This document shows positions 29,866-40,400 of a DNA stretch of 64,000 bases, piece by piece. Position numbers and translations under genes: made by a program. Location: positions 64,001 to 128,000 of the forward strand of contig JBCNVM010000001.1 in NCBI GenBank assembly GCA_039630085.1. The letters are read 5' to 3'. Numbering within the stretch: the stretch's first letter is position 1; each line of letters opens with the position of its first letter. This DNA is from Candidatus Caldarchaeales archaeon (lineage in GTDB: Archaea; Thermoproteota; Nitrososphaeria_A; Caldarchaeales; Calditenuaceae). A model generated the notes under the pieces. It was not told the DNA's origin, did no database searches, and saw only the letters and a list, made by a program, of their open reading frames with translations.

Positions 29866-30105
29866 TTGTCGTTGCAGAGCGGAAGGCCGATCGAGGTGCT
29901 CAGGAACTCGGTCAACAGGGAGGTGCGCGTGGTTCTGAAGAACGAGGCGGAGTACGTCGGGAGGCTGATCGAGGTCGACGCGTACATGAACCTGGTCCTA
30001 GAGAGGGTCGAGGAGTACGTCAACGGGAACCGAAGGGCCTCCTACCCGCACCTCCTGATACGCGGCAATAACGTCGTGTACGTCGCCGTCGTCGATTCCC
30101 TCTGA
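29866..30105 (+). CDS. second Sm-like (Lsm/SmAP2) protein
   Basis: GRLIEVDAYMNLVL and LIRGNNV motifs; lies upstream of mat. Confidence 0.9.
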   Translation: MSLQSGRPIEVLRNSVNREVRVVLKNEAEYVGRLIEVDAYMNLVLERVEEYVNGNRRASYPHLLIRGNNVVYVAVVDSL

Positions 30106-30164
30106 CCGTTCGGTCGATGAGGGGTAGATCAAAATAGGAGCTGTCTCGGGGAGAGCGCGTAGAG

Positions 30165-31403
30165 ATGACGATGTCAGGCCGCAACGTCGTCCTCGAGGAG
30201 GTCAAGTCGCTACCGGTTCACAGAAGGGACGCGGAGATTGTCGAGAGGAAGGGGCTGGGCCACCCGGACTTCATCATTGACTCGGTCTGCGAGGCGTCGA
30301 GCGTGAAGCTCTCGAAGTACTACCTCGAGCGGTTCAACAGGATACTCCACCACAACCTCGACAAGGGCCTCCTCGTCGGGGGGAGGTCGGCCCCGAGGTT
30401 CGGGGGAGGCGAGCTCCTTGAGCCGATACTGATCGTCGTCGCGGGGAGAGCCACGACCCGGGTCAGCAAGGGCGGCAACAACGAGGAGATACCCGTGGGG
30501 GAGATCATTTTGGAGGCGGGAAGGGAGTTCGTGAGGAGGAACTTCAGGTTCCTCGACCCCGACAGGCACATCATCTTCGACTACAAGGTGAAGCCCGGGA
30601 GCATCGACCTCGTGAGCGTCGTCGAGGCCCGCGAGGAGGTCCCTCTCGCCAACGACACCTCCTTCGGCGTCGGGTTCGCGCCCTTCACGCCCCTCGAGAG
30701 ACTGGTCTTCACGACCGAGAGGACGATCAACTCCAAGGAGTTCAAGTCGAGGATCAAGGAGAGCGGGGAGGACTGCAAGGTCATGGGCCTGAGGGTCGGG
30801 AACAGGGTGACCCTGACCGTCGCCGACGGAATCGTCTCGCACCTGACGTACGACCTGGACCATTACGTCAACGTGAAGCAGCAGATAGCCGACGAGGTTG
30901 CGGACCTCGCAGCGAAGATAGCGCCCGAGTTCGAGGTCACGGTGAACGTCAACGCCGCCGACAGGATCTACCCCGGCCAGCCCGACAGGAGCACCGTTTA
31001 CCTCACGGTGACCGGGACGTCCGCGGAGCACGGCGACGACGGCAACGCTGGCAGGGGCAACAGGGCCTCGGGGCTGATAACGCCGTTCAGGTACATGTCG
31101 ATGGAGGCCACCGCGGGGAAGAACCCGATCTCCCACGTCGGGAAGATCTACAACGTCCTCGCGTTCAGGATGGCCAAGAGGATTTACGAGAGCACCGACG
31201 CCTTTGAGGAGGTCTACGTCAAGCTCCTCTCCCAAATAGGGAAGAGGATCGACCAGCCGCTCTCCGTCACGGTCAGCTACGTGCCCGCGAGGGCCGTCAG
31301 GTCCGGCGACGTCAACGAGGTCAACGACATCGTCAACGAGGAGCTCGACGGAATCACCAAGCTGACATCGGAGATACTGGAGGGGAAGGTCACGCTCTTC
31401 TGA
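30165..31403 (+). CDS. mat: archaeal S-adenosylmethionine synthetase
   Basis: [49 protein letters not shown]. Confidence 0.95.
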   Translation: MTMSGRNVVLEEVKSLPVHRRDAEIVERKGLGHPDFIIDSVCEASSVKLSKYYLERFNRILHHNLDKGLLVGGRSAPRFGGGELLEPILIVVAGRATTRVSKGGNNEEIPVGEIILEAGREFVRRNFRFLDPDRHIIFDYKVKPGSIDLVSVVEAREEVPLANDTSFGVGFAPFTPLERLVFTTERTINSKEFKSRIKESGEDCKVMGLRVGNRVTLTVADGIVSHLTYDLDHYVNVKQQIADEVADLAAKIAPEFEVTVNVNAADRIYPGQPDRSTVYLTVTGTSAEHGDDGNAGRGNRASGLITPFRYMSMEATAGKNPISHVGKIYNVLAFRMAKRIYESTDAFEEVYVKLLSQIGKRIDQPLSVTVSYVPARAVRSGDVNEVNDIVNEELDGITKLTSEILEGKVTLF

Positions 31404-31406
31404 GGG

Positions 31407-32987
31407 TCAGCGGATGTCCTTCGCGACGTAAGGCCCGAACCTCCTGTAGCCCAGCCTGCAGTAGTACTCCCTAACTCCGACGCCGCTGATCACCAGCACC
31501 CTCCTCCTCCCCTCAGACCCCGCTATCTCCTCGGCCCTGGCCATTAGCCTGGCTCCGATCCCCCTGTGCTGCCAGGACCCCGGGTCCTTGACGCCGACCG
31601 GGACCATCGGGCCGTATACGTGGAGCTCCCTGACCAGCGCCGCGCTCTCTGTCAGTCCTCCCGCGTCCTTCTCGGGGAGCCTGAGCCTCAGGAGGCCGGC
31701 CAGCAGTCCGCTCTCCGGGTCCTCGTAGGAGAGGAAGACCTCCGTCCCTCCCGACGCCTCGTAGCGGAGCTCCGCGACCTCGAACGTAACCCGCGAAGGG
31801 TCGACGCCGTCCCAGGCCTCCGGGTTCCCGACCTCCCTGCACCTCACGCACCTGCACCTCAGCCCCCTGCTCCGCATTCTCGCCTCGACCAGCTGCCTCA
31901 GGTTCCCGGGCCACGCACCTGCGACCGCGGCCTCCTCCGGTATCTCCCTCCTGATCCTGTTCACCCTGACGTACGGAGGCACGGAGCTCAGCCAGTCCAC
32001 CAGCAGCTCCACCATCTCCTCGAGGCCGTAGGGCTCGTACTCGCCCCGCACGTACATCGCGTGGAGCGGTGTCTCTGGCAGGACCATCGTCGGGTAGACT
32101 TTGAGCGCATCGGGCCTGAACCTCGGGTCGTCGAAGAGCTGCCTGAACCACTCCCGGTCCCTCTGGGGCGTGCTCCCGGGGAGGCCCGGCATCACGTGGT
32201 AAGTCACCTTGAAGGCCCTGTCCCTCAGGTCCGCGGTCGCCTCAGCGACGTCTTGGACCGTGTGGCCCCTCCTCACGACCCGGTAGACCTCGTCGTCGAG
32301 CGCCTGGACCCCGACCTCGACCCTCGTCACGCCCATCCGGAGGAGCTCGTCGCCGACGCTACCCTTCGCCCAGTCGGGCTTCGTCTCGACGGTTATCCCT
32401 GAGACCCGGGGCCTCGCGACCTCGGCCCTCTCCAGAGCCTCCGCGAGCGAATTGGAGGGGCCGTGGAGTCCGTCGAGCGCCTCCTTGATCGCCCTCCTCT
32501 GGAACTCCAGCGGAGCCGCGGTGAACGTCCCGCCGATGAAGATCAGCTCGACCTTGTCGACCTGGTGGCCCATGTCCCTCAGCCTTGAAGCCTGGGCCTC
32601 GACCTGGAGTCTGACGTCGTAGCCGATCGACCTCGCGAAGGCGACCCACGCCTCCCTCCCCGTGTAGCTCTGGGGTATTCCCGTGCTGCCTCCTCCCGGA
32701 CAGTAGACGCAGCGGCCGTGGGGGCAGAGGAAGAGCGGGAGGACCACCGTGATGACCGACACGCCGGACCTCGTCTTCACGGGCTTCGCCCTGAGCGCCT
32801 CCGCGATCTCCTGGTGGCCCATCTCGACCAGCGCGCGGACGACCTCGGCGTCCGAGGGGACCGAGCCCGCCCTCAGCGACCTCGCGACCTCGACCTTGAC
32901 CCTGTTCGCCTCGGACTTGTCGGTGACCCTCCTCCTGGCGATCTCCGCGGCCACCCTCCTCGCGAGGTCCGCTGCCGTCCCGCTCAT
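31407..32987 (-). CDS. elp3: Elp3 tRNA uridine(34) carboxymethyl/acetyltransferase (radical SAM + GNAT)
   Basis: CPHGRCVYCPGG, PQSYTG, GGTF, ETKPD, LKVYPT, VRELHVYG, QHRGIG, ISGVGVREYY; start set at ATG overlapping the nitroreductase stop. Confidence 0.93.
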   Translation of the reverse strand: MSGTAADLARRVAAEIARRRVTDKSEANRVKVEVARSLRAGSVPSDAEVVRALVEMGHQEIAEALRAKPVKTRSGVSVITVVLPLFLCPHGRCVYCPGGGSTGIPQSYTGREAWVAFARSIGYDVRLQVEAQASRLRDMGHQVDKVELIFIGGTFTAAPLEFQRRAIKEALDGLHGPSNSLAEALERAEVARPRVSGITVETKPDWAKGSVGDELLRMGVTRVEVGVQALDDEVYRVVRRGHTVQDVAEATADLRDRAFKVTYHVMPGLPGSTPQRDREWFRQLFDDPRFRPDALKVYPTMVLPETPLHAMYVRGEYEPYGLEEMVELLVDWLSSVPPYVRVNRIRREIPEEAAVAGAWPGNLRQLVEARMRSRGLRCRCVRCREVGNPEAWDGVDPSRVTFEVAELRYEASGGTEVFLSYEDPESGLLAGLLRLRLPEKDAGGLTESAALVRELHVYGPMVPVGVKDPGSWQHRGIGARLMARAEEIAGSEGRRRVLVISGVGVREYYCRLGYRRFGPYVAKDIR

Positions 32988-33499
32988 GCCCTGAGCGGCG
33001 CGCCGTATCTGCCCTCGTACGCCAGCTCCCGGAGCGGCCTCCTGCTCTTCCTCCCGACCAGTCTCCTGTCCGGGTAGCCGAAGCCGACGATGAGGTCTAC
33101 CGAGCGCCCCTCGGGTATGCCGTACCTCTCCCTGATCGCCCTCTCGTCGAAGCCCGTGGTGATGCAGGAGACTATCCCCCTGCTCCAGGCCTCGAGCTGC
33201 ATGTGCGTAAGGGCCCTGCCGGCGTCGAGCTTGTGGTAGGGGTAGGAGGGGTCCGTCGTCACGATCACCGCGAACGCGGCCCCGGCCAGCCACCGGCCGC
33301 TCGGCGAGTGGTCCGCGAGCCAACGCAGCTCCTCTCTGCCCTCGACCAACACGAACCTCCAGTGCTGGGTGTTCTTCCCGCTCCCCGCCCACCTCGCGGC
33401 GTCGAGTATCGAGATCACGTCCTCCCTCGCGACTGGCCTCTCCGCGAAGCTCCTCCAGTCGAGCCTCCTCCGGATCGCCTCCGAGACCGTCTGGGACAT
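32984..33499 (-). CDS. nitroreductase family protein
   Basis: AIRRR...RSF, AARWAGSGKNTQHWRF, DAG, GFGYP. Confidence 0.88.
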   Translation of the reverse strand: MSQTVSEAIRRRLDWRSFAERPVAREDVISILDAARWAGSGKNTQHWRFVLVEGREELRWLADHSPSGRWLAGAAFAVIVTTDPSYPYHKLDAGRALTHMQLEAWSRGIVSCITTGFDERAIRERYGIPEGRSVDLIVGFGYPDRRLVGRKSRRPLRELAYEGRYGAPLRA

Positions 33500-33617
33500 T
33501 CCCCCGGAGCCTTCGTCCCTCCGGATTTATTCCCTACTCCCCCGCGCGGATCCGGACGGCCTCCCCTCTTCGCGCCGTGAACGGTTTATGAGGTTCTACC
33601 GAGCGACGGATCGTGAA

Positions 33618-35069
33618 ATGTCGCTGGCCCCGGGCTTCCCGACGCTCCTCCTCACGGTCGCGGTCCCCCTGGGCTTCGCCCCCATCGCCCTGATCTACGG
33701 GAGGATCGCGGGCTGGAGGGCCTCCGCGGCGATCTCTTCGGTCGCGCTGGCGGTCCCGTTCGCCCTGACGCTCCTCCATCTCCCCGACGTCCTCGCGGGC
33801 AGGATTGTCGAGGAGTCGATACCCTGGCTCCCGCAGCTCGGCCTCACGCTCGGCTTCAAGCTGGACGGCCTCAGCTACTTCTTCCTGCTCCTGATCACGC
33901 TCGTGGGTTTCCTCTCCAGCGTCTACTCCTGGAGGTACATGGAGAGGGAGAGGGCCCTGGAGGTGTACTACCCGCTCCTGATGCTCTTCGTGGGAGGGAT
34001 GATCGGCGTCGTGCTGGTCACGAACCTCTTCCTCTTCTACATCTTCTGGGAAGTGATGCTGATACCGAGCTATTTCCTGATCGCCTACTGGGGGACCGGG
34101 AACGCGAGGGTGATCGGTTTCAAGTACTTCGCGATGACCCACGCCGGCGCGCTCTCCCTTCTCGCGGGGATCATCTGGCTCAACGCCCTCTACGGCAACG
34201 TCGAGTTCTCAACGATCGAGAGGATGGCGGGCCTGAGCCCGAGGCCCGAGCTGGTGGCGATATCCGCGCTGATTCTGGTGGGAGCCGCGGTCAAGATGGC
34301 CCTCTTCCCGGTCCACACCTGGCTCCCTGACGCCCACGCCGAGGCCCCGACCCCTATAAGCGTCCTGCTGAGCGGCGTGATGATCAAGACCGGCGCCTAC
34401 GCCTTCGCGAGGATCGTGATAGGCATGCTCGGCGAAGCGTTCAGGGTCTACTCGGACGTGGTCGCGCTCCTCTCGGTCGTCACCATGATATGGGGCGGGG
34501 CGATGGCGCTGGTCCAGACCGACATCAAGAGGATACTGGCGTACAGCTCGGTAAGCCAGATCGGGTACATCGCCTTCGGCCTCTCGGTCTTCGTCCCGCT
34601 CGGCGTCAACGGCGGCCTCCTCCAGGTCTTCACCCACGGGCTCGCGAAGTCGCTGCTCTTCATGACCGCGGGCGTCATCATCCACTCTGTGGGGGAGAGG
34701 GACATCAGGAAGCTGGGAGGGCTGATGGGAGCGATGCCCTTCACCGCGGTCGCCTTCCTCGTCGGAGGCCTATCGATCGCCGGCACTCCTCCCCTTGCGG
34801 GCTTCTTCAGCGAGCTGGTGATCTTCCTCGGAGGTTTCAGGGCCGGTCTCTGGACGCTGACCTTCGTCGCGATCCTCGCGACCGCGATCACCCTCGGGTA
34901 CTACACCAGGACCTTCATGTACGTCTTCCAAGTCGGTGAGCACAGGCACGCCCACGACGCTCCGCTCAGCATGGCCGCGCCGATGGCGGTCCTCCTCGCG
35001 CTGATAGCGTCGTTCGGGCTCTACCTGCCCCAGGTCCAGTCCCTGATCCTGTACTGGCTGGGAGCGTAA
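33618..35069 (+). CDS. complex I/Mrp-type proton-translocating antiporter-like subunit (NuoM/NuoL/MrpD family)
   Basis: Highly hydrophobic; LDGLS, FWEVMLIP, KMALFPVHTWLPDAHAEAPTPISVLLSG, KRILAYSS, HGLAKSLLF, PPLAGFFSE. Confidence 0.9.
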   Translation: MSLAPGFPTLLLTVAVPLGFAPIALIYGRIAGWRASAAISSVALAVPFALTLLHLPDVLAGRIVEESIPWLPQLGLTLGFKLDGLSYFFLLLITLVGFLSSVYSWRYMERERALEVYYPLLMLFVGGMIGVVLVTNLFLFYIFWEVMLIPSYFLIAYWGTGNARVIGFKYFAMTHAGALSLLAGIIWLNALYGNVEFSTIERMAGLSPRPELVAISALILVGAAVKMALFPVHTWLPDAHAEAPTPISVLLSGVMIKTGAYAFARIVIGMLGEAFRVYSDVVALLSVVTMIWGGAMALVQTDIKRILAYSSVSQIGYIAFGLSVFVPLGVNGGLLQVFTHGLAKSLLFMTAGVIIHSVGERDIRKLGGLMGAMPFTAVAFLVGGLSIAGTPPLAGFFSELVIFLGGFRAGLWTLTFVAILATAITLGYYTRTFMYVFQVGEHRHAHDAPLSMAAPMAVLLALIASFGLYLPQVQSLILYWLGA

Positions 35070-35092
35070 AGAAGAAGCCTAGGTTCGGGGCC

Positions 35093-35989
35093 CTACAGCG
35101 CCTTCACTCCGTTGCGCGGGTCCCTCTTCACCCTGTTGAACTCCTCGAGGATCCTCCTGAAGATCGGGCCCGGGCGACCGTCGTTGATCGGGAGCTTGTT
35201 CACGAACCCTATCGGGACCAGCTCCGTTCCGGTGCCTGTGACGAAGGCCTCGTCGGCGATCATCAGCTCGACCGGCGTGAGGTCCCGCTCGATCACCTGT
35301 ATCCCGAGCCTGCTGGCGATCTCCATCACTACGGCCCTCGTTATCCCCGGGAGGATGCCCGCGGTGACGGGCGGCGTGAAGAGCTTCCCGTCCCTCACGA
35401 TGAAGAGGTTCGCGCCCGTGGCCTCGGAGAGGAAGCCGCGGCTGTCGAGCATTATCGCGTCGTCGGCGCCGGCCTCAATCGCTTCGATCTTCGCGAGTAT
35501 CGAGTTGAGGTAGTTGAGGGACTTGACCTCGTGGCTCGTGGCGTAGACCGGGTCCCTCCTCGTTGAGCTGATAATCACGGACACCCCGAACTCCCTCTCC
35601 CCCTTCCCGAGTATCGGCTCCAGGTGCTCGACGATGATGATCACGCTCGGCCTCCCGCACTTCCTTGGGTCCAGGCCTAGGTCGCCGACGCCCCTCGTGA
35701 CCACGAGCCTGATGTACGCGTCCCTGAAGCCGTTGGCCCTGACGGTCCTCACGACCTCGCCGATCATCGTCTCCTTGTCCATCGGTATCTTGATCCTGAG
35801 GACCTTCGCGGAGTTGTAGAGCCTGTCGATGTGCTCCCTTAGCTTGAAGACCACGCCGTCGTAGACCCTGATCCCCTCGAAGACGCCGTCGCCGTAGAGG
35901 AGGCCGTGGTCGAAGACCGAGATCTTCGCCTGGGACTTGGGATAGAACTCGCCGTCGATGTAGACGAGCGGCTCGCGCTGCTCGCTCAT
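35093..35989 (-). CDS. ilvE: branched-chain amino acid aminotransferase
   Basis: DHGLLYGDGVFEGIR, KSLNYL, EATGANLF, ILPGITR, DEAFVTGT. Confidence 0.95.
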   Translation of the reverse strand: MSEQREPLVYIDGEFYPKSQAKISVFDHGLLYGDGVFEGIRVYDGVVFKLREHIDRLYNSAKVLRIKIPMDKETMIGEVVRTVRANGFRDAYIRLVVTRGVGDLGLDPRKCGRPSVIIIVEHLEPILGKGEREFGVSVIISSTRRDPVYATSHEVKSLNYLNSILAKIEAIEAGADDAIMLDSRGFLSEATGANLFIVRDGKLFTPPVTAGILPGITRAVVMEIASRLGIQVIERDLTPVELMIADEAFVTGTGTELVPIGFVNKLPINDGRPGPIFRRILEEFNRVKRDPRNGVKAL

Positions 35990-36021
35990 CGCCCTGAGAT
36001 CGTCGGGGACTCAATATGTCT

Positions 36022-36618
36022 TTACGCGTCCCCTCGACGGACCAGCGGGATCAGCCCGAAGCCCGTGCGGCCCTCCCCGAGGACCCGCCTGACCGCACCG
36101 GCTATAGCGCCGACGTCGAGGCCCCTGTACTCGCGGACCCCCGATGCCTCCATCCTCCCCAGGGCCCTCCCGAGGAGCCTGAAGTAGCCCTCCACGTCGC
36201 CGGTCTGAAGCTTGACGTGTGCCGCCGCGAGCAGGATCAACCCGTTGAGCAGGGCCCTCTCCGGGCCTTCGGAACTCCTCCAGAGCGGCTCGAGGGCCTC
36301 GTGGGCCTCCCAGTACCTCCTGTTGGCGTAGAGCGTGACCGCCCTCTCGAATGGGTCCGCGCCGGGCTCCTCGACTCCCACCTCGACGCGGTACTGGACC
36401 TCGCCGAGCGTCCTCAGCCTCCCGAGGGCCTCTGCTATCGCCTCCGTCCGCAGATCGACCTCGACCCGCGCGTCGGAGATTCTGACCTCGATGACCTGAG
36501 CATCTGTCCCGCTCAGGAGCGACCTGACCCTAGAGAAGAGATCTCGGTGGTCCGAGGGCTCTGCTCCCGGAACCGAGAGGCCTACCAAGTAGCGCCTGGG
36601 ACTCGGGGCCCTGATCAT
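36022..36618 (-). CDS. DUF309 domain protein with extra N-terminal domain
   Basis: YWEAHEALEPLW...LNGLILLAAAHVK motif. Confidence 0.8.
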   Translation of the reverse strand: MIRAPSPRRYLVGLSVPGAEPSDHRDLFSRVRSLLSGTDAQVIEVRISDARVEVDLRTEAIAEALGRLRTLGEVQYRVEVGVEEPGADPFERAVTLYANRRYWEAHEALEPLWRSSEGPERALLNGLILLAAAHVKLQTGDVEGYFRLLGRALGRMEASGVREYRGLDVGAIAGAVRRVLGEGRTGFGLIPLVRRGDA

Positions 36619-37145
36619 TCGAAGGGCTGGAGCACCTGGCCGACCGGCTTAACGCCCCTCCTCCCGAGCCTCTTCACGACCCTCCTCCTGAGCGGGTCCG
36701 GGATCCTCAGCTGGCGGTCGTTGTAGACGGCGGGGTGGTAGGGGTCGACCGCGATCACCTCGAACCAGTGGTAGAGGCTGTCCGACGCGAGGGGGTAGCC
36801 TCCGAGGATGTGGATGTTCGGGTACCTCCTCTTCACCCTCGAGATCGCCTCCTCGAGCGCCGTGACGTTCACCTTGTGCTTCACGACGCCCAGCGCCTTC
36901 GGCCTCCTCCCGGAGTTCGGCCTGGGCCTCGCGAACCCTCCCCTCCTCACCCTGACCCTCAGGACGACGAATCCCTGCTTCGCCCTGTACCCGATCTGCC
37001 TCGCCCTGTCGAGCCTGAGCGGCTTCTCGACCCTCACGACGGACGCCTCCCTCCTCCACCTGATCCTCCTCTCCCTGAGGAGCCTCACCAGCTCCTCCGG
37101 CCTCTCCCTCCAGAGCTCGTTCAGCCTCGCGTAGGCGCCGGGCAT
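36615..37145 (-). CDS. rpl15e: 50S ribosomal protein eL15
   Basis: RLDRARQIGYRAKQGFVVLRVRVRRGG, SGRRPK, WFEVIAVDPYHP. Confidence 0.95.
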   Translation of the reverse strand: MPGAYARLNELWRERPEELVRLLRERRIRWRREASVVRVEKPLRLDRARQIGYRAKQGFVVLRVRVRRGGFARPRPNSGRRPKALGVVKHKVNVTALEEAISRVKRRYPNIHILGGYPLASDSLYHWFEVIAVDPYHPAVYNDRQLRIPDPLRRRVVKRLGRRGVKPVGQVLQPFE

Positions 37146-37196
37146 CGGCGTCATTCCACGTCGGCTTCTAAAAAGCATAGCGACGCGAAGGCCGTT

Positions 37197-38159
37197 CTAA
37201 CGTTGCGGGATCAGGACCCTACCGATCGACCTGATCGCCTCCTCCGGGTCCCGGCCGAGTGGGTAACCGAGGCAGACCAGCGTGACCCCCGACTTGGACA
37301 TCTCGTGCAGCTGCTCCCCGAGCTCCTCGACGGTCCCGAAGAACGCGAACCTCCTCGCGACCTCCTCGGCCCTCTCCGAAGGCCTCAGTAGCGCCTCCTC
37401 CACGTGGCCGACGTCGAGCCCTGCTTGTCTGAGCATCGGCGAGTTCCCGACTAGGCGGACCAAGTACTGCCTCAGGACCGGGACGAGGGCCTCGAGCGCC
37501 TCTCTTCTGTCATCCGAGACGTAACAGAACGGTCTCGCGACCAGCTCGAAGCCCTTTGGGTCCAGAGAGGCCGAGGCCTTAGCCTCCCTTGCGGTGGAGG
37601 CCATCACCCTCGCGTACTCCGGGTCCCAGAGGTTGTCGACCACGACGCCCGAGACGAAGGGCAGTGAGGCGGCGATTGCGCAGAGCCTAGTGCCGGAGGT
37701 CCCGACGTAGAGCTTGGGCATCTTCCCGACGGCCCAGCTTAGCATGGGAGGGCTCCCGTCGGCGGCCAAGAGAATGTGAACGGCCTTCAGGTATGCGACG
37801 AACTCGCTGACGCTCGGCCTCCTCCTCCCGACGAGCTCCCCGAAGGCTCCCCTCGAGACGCCGAGCACCGCCCTGCTTCCCGCGACCTCGCTCAGCGCAG
37901 CCGCGAACCTCGCCAGGACAACCGGCTCGTAGGCGAACGCCGGCACGGTCACCGGACCCACGCGGACCACCGAGGTCTCCCTCGCGACGAGGAACGCGGA
38001 TGCCCAGGCCGGTCTGTGGGGCAGGTGCTCGTAGAGGTGGACCGAGTCGAACCCGAGCCTCTCGGCGAGCGAGGCGAGCCTCACCAGCTCTGCGTTCGGC
38101 CTGTCGCCCTCGAGGACTATTCCCAGGGAAGGCAGCCCCGAGGTCGCTCTCGCGGTCAA
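37197..38159 (-). CDS. LLM-class (luciferase-like/Mer-like) flavin-dependent oxidoreductase
   Basis: LAERLGFDSVHLYEH, RVGPVTVP, RAVLGVSRG, FFGTVEEL. Confidence 0.8.
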   Translation of the reverse strand: MTARATSGLPSLGIVLEGDRPNAELVRLASLAERLGFDSVHLYEHLPHRPAWASAFLVARETSVVRVGPVTVPAFAYEPVVLARFAAALSEVAGSRAVLGVSRGAFGELVGRRRPSVSEFVAYLKAVHILLAADGSPPMLSWAVGKMPKLYVGTSGTRLCAIAASLPFVSGVVVDNLWDPEYARVMASTAREAKASASLDPKGFELVARPFCYVSDDRREALEALVPVLRQYLVRLVGNSPMLRQAGLDVGHVEEALLRPSERAEEVARRFAFFGTVEELGEQLHEMSKSGVTLVCLGYPLGRDPEEAIRSIGRVLIPQR

Positions 38160-38221
38160 CCTCGTTCGGGTTCACGCGGCCTCGATGGGGTTATTAAATC
38201 CGGCACGGAGGTGGCGCGAGG

Positions 38222-38836
38222 ATGCCTGAAGGGAAGGCGAAGGAGGAGTACGTGATCAGGGCTCCGAGGTACTTCGGAGAGCGGGAGCTGGGCTACACCT
38301 ACGCCGACGACCCCGCGAAGCTCATCGGGAGGACGGTCTCCGTCAGCCTCTACACGCTCACCGACGACATCACGAAGCAGTACATGCTGGTGAAGTTCAG
38401 GGTCGTCAGGATCAACGGGAGGTACGCCGAGACCGTCTTCTACGGCCACGAGTACGGCAGGGAGTACCTCAGGAGCCTGATCAGGAGGGGGACGACGATG
38501 GTCGAGGGGATCTCCGACGTCACAACGCGGGACGGGTTCGGAATGAGGGTCTACGGGGTCGTGTTCACCAACAGGCGGATAAGGCACGGGAAGGTCGTGG
38601 ACATCAGAAGGACGATGCGGTCGGTCTTCGAGGACGCGGCCTCGAGGCTCAACCACGACCAGTTCGCGATCGAGATGGTCCTAGGGAAAATGGGCTCGGA
38701 CGTCTTCAACCAGGTCAAGAGGATCCTGATTCCGAGGCACGTCGGGGTCTACAAGTCTAAGGTGGTCGCGCTCCCGGACTGGGTCTCCACATCCCCCGAG
38801 CCGCCGGCGAAGGCCGCGGAGGCCGTAGGGACCTAG
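38222..38836 (+). CDS. rps3ae: 30S ribosomal protein eS1 (S3Ae)
   Basis: YVIRAPRYFG, LIGRTVSVSL, REYLRSLIRRGTT, VTTRDG, KSKV. Confidence 0.93.
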   Translation: MPEGKAKEEYVIRAPRYFGERELGYTYADDPAKLIGRTVSVSLYTLTDDITKQYMLVKFRVVRINGRYAETVFYGHEYGREYLRSLIRRGTTMVEGISDVTTRDGFGMRVYGVVFTNRRIRHGKVVDIRRTMRSVFEDAASRLNHDQFAIEMVLGKMGSDVFNQVKRILIPRHVGVYKSKVVALPDWVSTSPEPPAKAAEAVGT

Positions 38837-39144
38837 ACGCCGGACCCGAACCTCCTGAGGTAGTAGCCCTCCTCCCGCTTCTCGATCAGTCCACGGACTC
38901 CTTCGCTTCGGATCCTCGACTTGAGCTCCTCGGCCTCCCTCTCGGTCAGCTCTCCCCTCCCGAGGAGGTAGTCGACCACGCTGATCGCCTCCTCGTCGCT
39001 GGAGCACCTCGAGAGGTAGTCGATGGGGCCAGGCATGAAGCCCCTGAGCGCGTCGACCCTCGTCCTCAGCTGCGGCCTCGACCTGAGCTCCTCGGAGAGG
39101 TGCGGGAAGGCCTTCTCGAAGTCCTCGAGGTCCCACTCGCTCAC
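38833..39144 (-). CDS. DUF2095 family protein
   Basis: FPHLSEEL, PGPIDYLSRC, EEAISVVDYL, KREEGYY; GTG start chosen. Confidence 0.75.
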   Translation of the reverse strand: MSEWDLEDFEKAFPHLSEELRSRPQLRTRVDALRGFMPGPIDYLSRCSSDEEAISVVDYLLGRGELTEREAEELKSRIRSEGVRGLIEKREEGYYLRRFGSGV

Positions 39145-39256
39145 GCCCTCATCTCCCTCCCCGGATATTAGAGGGTTCAGCGGACTTCCGGCTGACGGTT
39201 CGCGCAGTATTAATCGGGTCGGCTGGCCTCGTCGGCCCGGAAGGCGCTTGAGGGCG

Positions 39257-40399
39257 ATGGCGACGACGTTCACCGGGCTGGAGGACGTTGCCGCGTCCGA
39301 GGTCGAGTCGCTGCTGGGGAGGAGGGCCGAGCAGGACGTCTCGAAGGTGGTCGTCGAGTGCGACCGGAGGGAGCTGGTGAGGCTCGTCCTCGCCTCCCGG
39401 GGGATCAACAAGGTCTTCCTGGAGCTCGTCGGAGCGAGCGTCTCCGGGCTGAGGGGGATCAGCGAGGTCGTGAAGTCCGTCGACCTGAGGGAGGTCATCT
39501 CGCCTGACCAGAGCTTCGCGGTCAGGGCGGAGAGGGTCGGGACGCACGGCTTCACGAGCATGGACGTGGCCGCGGAGGTCGGGGCAGCCGTAATCCGGTC
39601 CTACCTTGAGGCGACCGGCGCGAGGCTGAGGGTGGACCTGAACGATCCCGACGTCGAGCTCTACGCGCTCCTCAGGGACGACCGGTTCACGCTCGGGGTC
39701 AACTTGGTCGGGAGGTCGCTTCAGAGGAGGTTCTACAGGGCCTCCGGCCACAGGACCGCGCTTCCCGCCACCCTCGCGTACCTCATGGTGAGGTTCTCCG
39801 GGTGGACACCCGAGAGGGCCCTGATCGACCCCTTCTGCGGAACTGGGACCATACCGATCGAGGCCGCGCTGGCCGGGCTCGACGTCTGCCCCACCGTCTA
39901 CAGAGACCCGAGGGACCTCGCGCTGACGAGGCTCAGGCTCCTCGACGGGGAGCTGGTGGAGTCGGTGAGGTCGGAGCTCATCGGGTCCGAGCGGAGGGAG
40001 AGGGAGCTCAAGGTGGTCGGGACGGACGTCTCGACCAAGGCCCTCGAGGCGGCGAGGAGGAACGTGGAGGCGGCCGGCCTCCCGGGGAAGGTGCTGCTGG
40101 AGAGGTTGGACGCCCAGAGGTTCGACTCCTGGCCGAGGCTAAGGGAGCTGGGGACCGACGCGCTGGTCGTGACCGACCCTCCCTTCGGTATCAGGAGCGG
40201 GCCCTCTGATCCCTATCAGTTCTACGTCAGGTCCTTCTCCTCGATCAGGAGGGGGCTGCGCGGCGGGACGCTGGTGGCCGTCTTCAGCAAGCACGCGGTC
40301 GCGACGAGGGCCCTGACGGAGGCCGGGTGGAGCGTCACGGGGACGAGGAGGGTGAAGTACGGCCACTTGGAAGTCCTGCTGGTCAGGGCCGAGGCCTAG
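39257..40399 (+). CDS. trm14: THUMP-domain tRNA (guanine-N2) methyltransferase, Trm14 (m2G6)-like
   Basis: TFTGLED, FAVRAERVGTHGFTSMDVA, VDLNDPD, IDPFCGTGTIPIEAA, TDPPFG. Confidence 0.8.
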   Translation: MATTFTGLEDVAASEVESLLGRRAEQDVSKVVVECDRRELVRLVLASRGINKVFLELVGASVSGLRGISEVVKSVDLREVISPDQSFAVRAERVGTHGFTSMDVAAEVGAAVIRSYLEATGARLRVDLNDPDVELYALLRDDRFTLGVNLVGRSLQRRFYRASGHRTALPATLAYLMVRFSGWTPERALIDPFCGTGTIPIEAALAGLDVCPTVYRDPRDLALTRLRLLDGELVESVRSELIGSERRERELKVVGTDVSTKALEAARRNVEAAGLPGKVLLERLDAQRFDSWPRLRELGTDALVVTDPPFGIRSGPSDPYQFYVRSFSSIRRGLRGGTLVAVFSKHAVATRALTEAGWSVTGTRRVKYGHLEVLLVRAEA

Positions 40400-40400
40400 C

